DNA of 64,000 nucleotides from Octopus vulgaris. Taxonomy: Eukaryota. Positions within the stretch are counted from its first letter, which is position 1, and each line of letters starts with the position of its first letter. Both the position numbers and the translations under genes were made by a program. Under the pieces are notes generated by a model. The model worked only from the letters and a program-made list of their open reading frames with translations, had not been told where the DNA came from and searched no databases. Of this stretch, positions 59,940 through 64,000 are shown piece after piece. The DNA lies in the NCBI GenBank assembly GCA_951406725.2, contig OX597822.1, forward strand, positions 67,394,001 to 67,458,000. Direction: 5' to 3'.

Positions 59940-59975
59940 CTTTAACGTTTCGAGCCTACGCTCTTCCACAGAAAG
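59940..59975 (-). ncRNA. Third copy of the variant hammerhead-like motif
   Basis: Reverse complement: cttt CTGTGGA a gagc-gtag-gctc GAA acgt T aaag. Confidence 0.45.
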
Positions 59976-60010
59976 GAAAGTCCAGTGTAATTAATAGGCA
60001 GGAGACTTGC

Positions 60011-60066
<56 letters not shown>

Positions 60067-60077
60067 TGTTTAAATGT

Positions 60078-60511
<434 letters not shown>

Positions 60512-60516
60512 TACAC

Positions 60517-60589
<73 letters not shown>

Positions 60590-61074
60590 CATACATACAT
60601 ATATATATGTGTGTGTATGCATGTATACAGACATATGTGAGAAAAAATAATTTCAAAAAGAACAACTCAATCTTTTTGAGAGATCCAAAAAGAGAGAATA
60701 AATGATTTCTAATAAAGATTCATCATATTCATAAGTTTCAGCCAGAGCAAGTAATACGAATATGAAAATAATAGTAGAAAAATTTCGTTATATGTATAAA
60801 CATACCAAATACAGCCATATACATACGTATACACACACACAGATACATACACACACATTGATGTACTTTAAGATATATCTATATAACCCATTTATAAGAA
60901 TCTGAAACACTTGTAAATCTTATTTTATTTCATTGAATAATTTGTTTGAACACTACAGAAAAAGGAATTGTATTCTACAGTGACCGATTATCTTGTATCG
61001 CTTCGTTTCCATTTTCTTAAAACCGTACCCATGGCATAAAGATGGAATCTAGTCTTTCTTCCAGTGATGAATAC

Positions 61075-61309
61075 CTATTTCTTTATTACCCACAAAGGGC
61101 TAAACATAGAGGGGACAAACATGGACAGACATAGGTATTAAGTCGATTATATCGACCCCAGTGCTTAACTGGTACTTAATTTATCGACTCCGAAAGGATG
61201 AAAGGCAAAGTGGACCTCGGCGGAATTTGAACTCAGAACGTAGCGGCAGACGAAATACCGCTAAGCATTTCGCCCAGCGTGCTAACGTTTCAGCCAGCTC
61301 GCTGCCTTA
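61075..61309 (-). mobile_element. SINE family B, full length, with flanking direct repeat
   Basis: tgatgaatacc at 61065-61075 and 61312-61322. Confidence 0.92.
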
Positions 61310-61672
61310 AATGATGAATACCATGTAATCTTAAGTGATGAATACCATGTAATCTAAGCAGCTTAGTCTTACATCTGGCTGTATGATAACTGGTACTTAT
61401 TTTATCGACCCCGAACAGATGAAACAAAACGTTGACATTTGTGGGATTTGAACAACAACAGCATGAAGTGTTTCCTGGTTTATTCACGAGGGCAGCAATT
61501 TTAGATAACCGAATTAGATGATATCATTAACACCAGTTAATAAATGCTTCTTCATTTTATCAACCTCGAAAGGATGAAAGGAAAATTTAACCTTGGCGGA
61601 GTTTGAATTCAGAAGGTAAAGAGCCGGAGGAGATCGAATGATTAAATCTGATGCGATAATGGTATCACAATA

Positions 61673-61890
61673 CGAGGCTGGTGCTGAAAAGTTCCTGGCT
61701 TTGGATAAAAGAAGATACGGGAGGATTAGATGATTATGATTCTTTTACATATATTTCCCTCTCAAATTTACACACTAATTATAGCAGTCCTTCCGTTTTT
61801 CTAAGTCCTGTAAAAGAACACGGAAAGTTCGGCTACCATCTAGGCCTTTTGCGACACCCATAAAGCCAGGTACTTTTCAGCACATCCTCA
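61673..61890. mobile_element. Mariner-type MITE
   Basis: TIRs cgaggctggtgctgaaaagttcctggcttt / aaagccaggtacttttcagcacatcctca, TA flanks. Confidence 0.85.
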
Positions 61891-62179
61891 TATGATATTA
61901 TTAGATCACAGAGAGATAATTAGAAATACAAATACCTAGGGGTCTTGCAGGGTGATAAGGTAATGAACAGAGAAATTAAAGTCTCTAAAGAGTGCAGTAG
62001 GAGGATTAGGAAGATCGAAATAAAATTAGCAAGAGATCATGTTATGAAGGCAATCACCATATGGATTATGTTAGCGTAGGGATAATCTGCTCTTTTAGTA
62101 AACTGGACAAGACGGAGTTATAAAAATTACACAGAAGACCTAGGAGGCTGCTCACTCTATAACACTCTATAAATAATAT

Positions 62180-62388
62180 TGATCTCAAATTTTGGCACAA
62201 GGCCAGCAACTTCGTAGGAGGTGGTAAATTAAGTTCATCGATCCCAGTGCTTAACTGGTACTTCATTTACTTATCCTGAAAAGATGAAAGGCAAAATCGA
62301 CCTCAGCGAAATTTGAATGCAGAACGTAAAGACGGGCAAAATACCGCTAAGCATTTTGCCCGACGTGCTCACGATTCACCTTCACCTT
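62180..62388 (-). mobile_element. SINE family B nested in the Dong-like element
   Basis: Family core present. Confidence 0.8.
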
Positions 62389-62912
62389 GTAAGTAATATG
62401 CACAGAGTCTACTTACCAATATGAAAAAGACAGTATAGGTTTGTTAGATGCAAGGTTCACAATCAATGATGCACTATTGCGTTTTAAAAAATCGTTTTGT
62501 GTAGTGAAGACAGAATATGATCTACGACCAGAAATGTAAAGAAGTAACTAAAACAGAGAGTAAAATCAAGAGTGGAATCAAGAACGACCAGGAAAATAAC
62601 TGAATACAGAAAGAATCACATGTCAATTTATGCAACAAACACGGATGTTGGAAGTTATAGCTGACAGGTGTAAATTTGAAACCCGAATCTGAATCACTGA
62701 CTTTAGCCTCTCAGATACAATTCATTGGAACGAATTTGATAAAAACTAAGATTGATAATAATCAGGCTGAGGATAAACGCTAAGTGTGTGGAAAAGTAAG
62801 TGAAATAATCTTGAACAAAAATAGCTTAAACGCAGGCATGACTGAGTCGATAAAAAAAGTGCGCTGCAATGTTTGACACGTTTGTCGGTTGGAAGTAACG
62901 GAAAATTTATAT

Positions 62913-63225
62913 CAGTGGTTCTCAACTGGAGTTCATATGACCCCTAGGGAGTCCACGCCAGAAAAATAATAAATTGAGGATCCACAGTATTGTTTTAAAG
63001 GTCCATATAAACTTTTGATCTAAGTATTGCAAAAACCTGCTAAGCTCCTTCCTCAGACGTTTTATATAGTTCAACCTATACAAGTGAATGTGTGTATACC
63101 AAAATAGAACTTTTGAAAGAATTACCGATAAAATTAGTTTTTAAACATCAAATCGCTATAGAGGTCCACCAGAACAAAATAGTAAACAAAAGGGTCTGTA
63201 AATAGAAAATGGTTGAGAATTAGTG
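62913..63225. mobile_element. hAT-type MITE nested in the Dong-like element
   Basis: TIRs cagtggttctcaac / gttgagaattagtg; exact 8-bp TSD atttatat at 62905-62912 and 63226-63233. Confidence 0.85.
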
Positions 63226-63669
63226 ATTTATATGAACACTATACAAAAGCATGGCACTGGAGAATTCTCCATAGAGACTAACCAGATATGATCAGAGAAA
63301 ACAGGGTAAAATCAGAGATTTATAATAACTTGTAATAGAAGAATGGATATGATGGAAACTGAGAAAAGCTGGAAATATTAGAAGCTAACCAGAAAGAGAA
63401 AGAGATTGTGGAGCAGTAAGTTAAAAATTGTTCTCTGATAATGGAAACACTCGACAGGATACAGAAACTTCAGTCTCAGAAACTGAAGGATATTAGGATT
63501 GAGGTATGTATTGTGCACCTGTGAAAAAGTAGTAGCATCCTGTTTTTTGAGGAGAATTCTAAAAATAATTTTTAAAAAAGGAAGATATTCTTCACATTTC
63601 AGGGGGACTTGTTGTCACCAGATCTCAGGATAACATTGCTGCTGGCTAAATTTGCATCTAAACGCTTTC

Positions 63670-63741
<72 letters not shown>

Positions 63742-63742
<1 letters not shown>

Positions 63743-63980
63743 GTCCTTTCCACTGGAGGCACAAGGTCTCAAATTTGTGGAATGGGGACAAGTCAATTAT
63801 ATCGACCCCAGTGTTTCACTGGTACTTATTTTTATCGACCCCGAATGGATGAAAGTAAAAGTTGACCTTGGTGGAATTTGAACTCAGAAGGTCGACTTTG
63901 CCTTTCATCCATTCGGGGTCGATGAAAATAAGTACCAGTGAAACACTGGGGTCGATATAATTGACTAGTCCCCATCCCAC
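63742..63980. mobile_element. SINE family B fold-back (inverted duplication)
   Basis: A minus-strand copy to about 63889 is followed directly by a plus-strand copy of its own 3' part. Confidence 0.88.
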
Positions 63981-64000
63981 ATGATAATAATGATAATAAC

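Larger units (their letters stand above)
61915..63670 (+). mobile_element. Decayed Dong/R4-like (restriction-like endonuclease) non-LTR retrotransposon, 3' part
   Basis: KYKYLGVLQ, MKAITIW, RVYLP, KPESESLTLASQIQFIGTNLIKTKID..R*VCG, RHD and LYEH motifs; ends at (TAA)n. Confidence 0.75.

Overview
AT-rich, repeat-dominated eukaryotic non-coding DNA. The extreme (TA)n/(TG)n/(GATA)n/(TAA)n load and the tRNA-headed SINE families suggest an octopus or other coleoid cephalopod genome (inference). No intact host gene is supported, and almost every ORF in the track is a translated microsatellite. The window holds about 18 copies of one tRNA-derived SINE (family A), more than 15 copies or fragments of a second (family B) and a few of a third. 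It also holds CR1-group LINE fragments (one 2.2 kb and nearly intact), a decayed Dong/R4-like LINE, Tc1/mariner and hAT MITEs, a Chapaev-like transposase relic and a decayed Penelope-like GIY-YIG domain. The most interesting signal is a set of unrelated short elements carrying minimal type I hammerhead ribozyme folds. The best formed are at 29030-29114 (-), 33200-33250 (+) and 43927-44020 (-). There is also a multi-copy variant with a CUG-U-NGA core and a tRNA-headed version. Most abut (TA)n/(TAA)n tracts and several form fold-back inverted repeats, as expected for non-autonomous Penelope-like or retrozyme-like elements. All folds and alignments were done by eye; ribozyme activity and family names are unverified.
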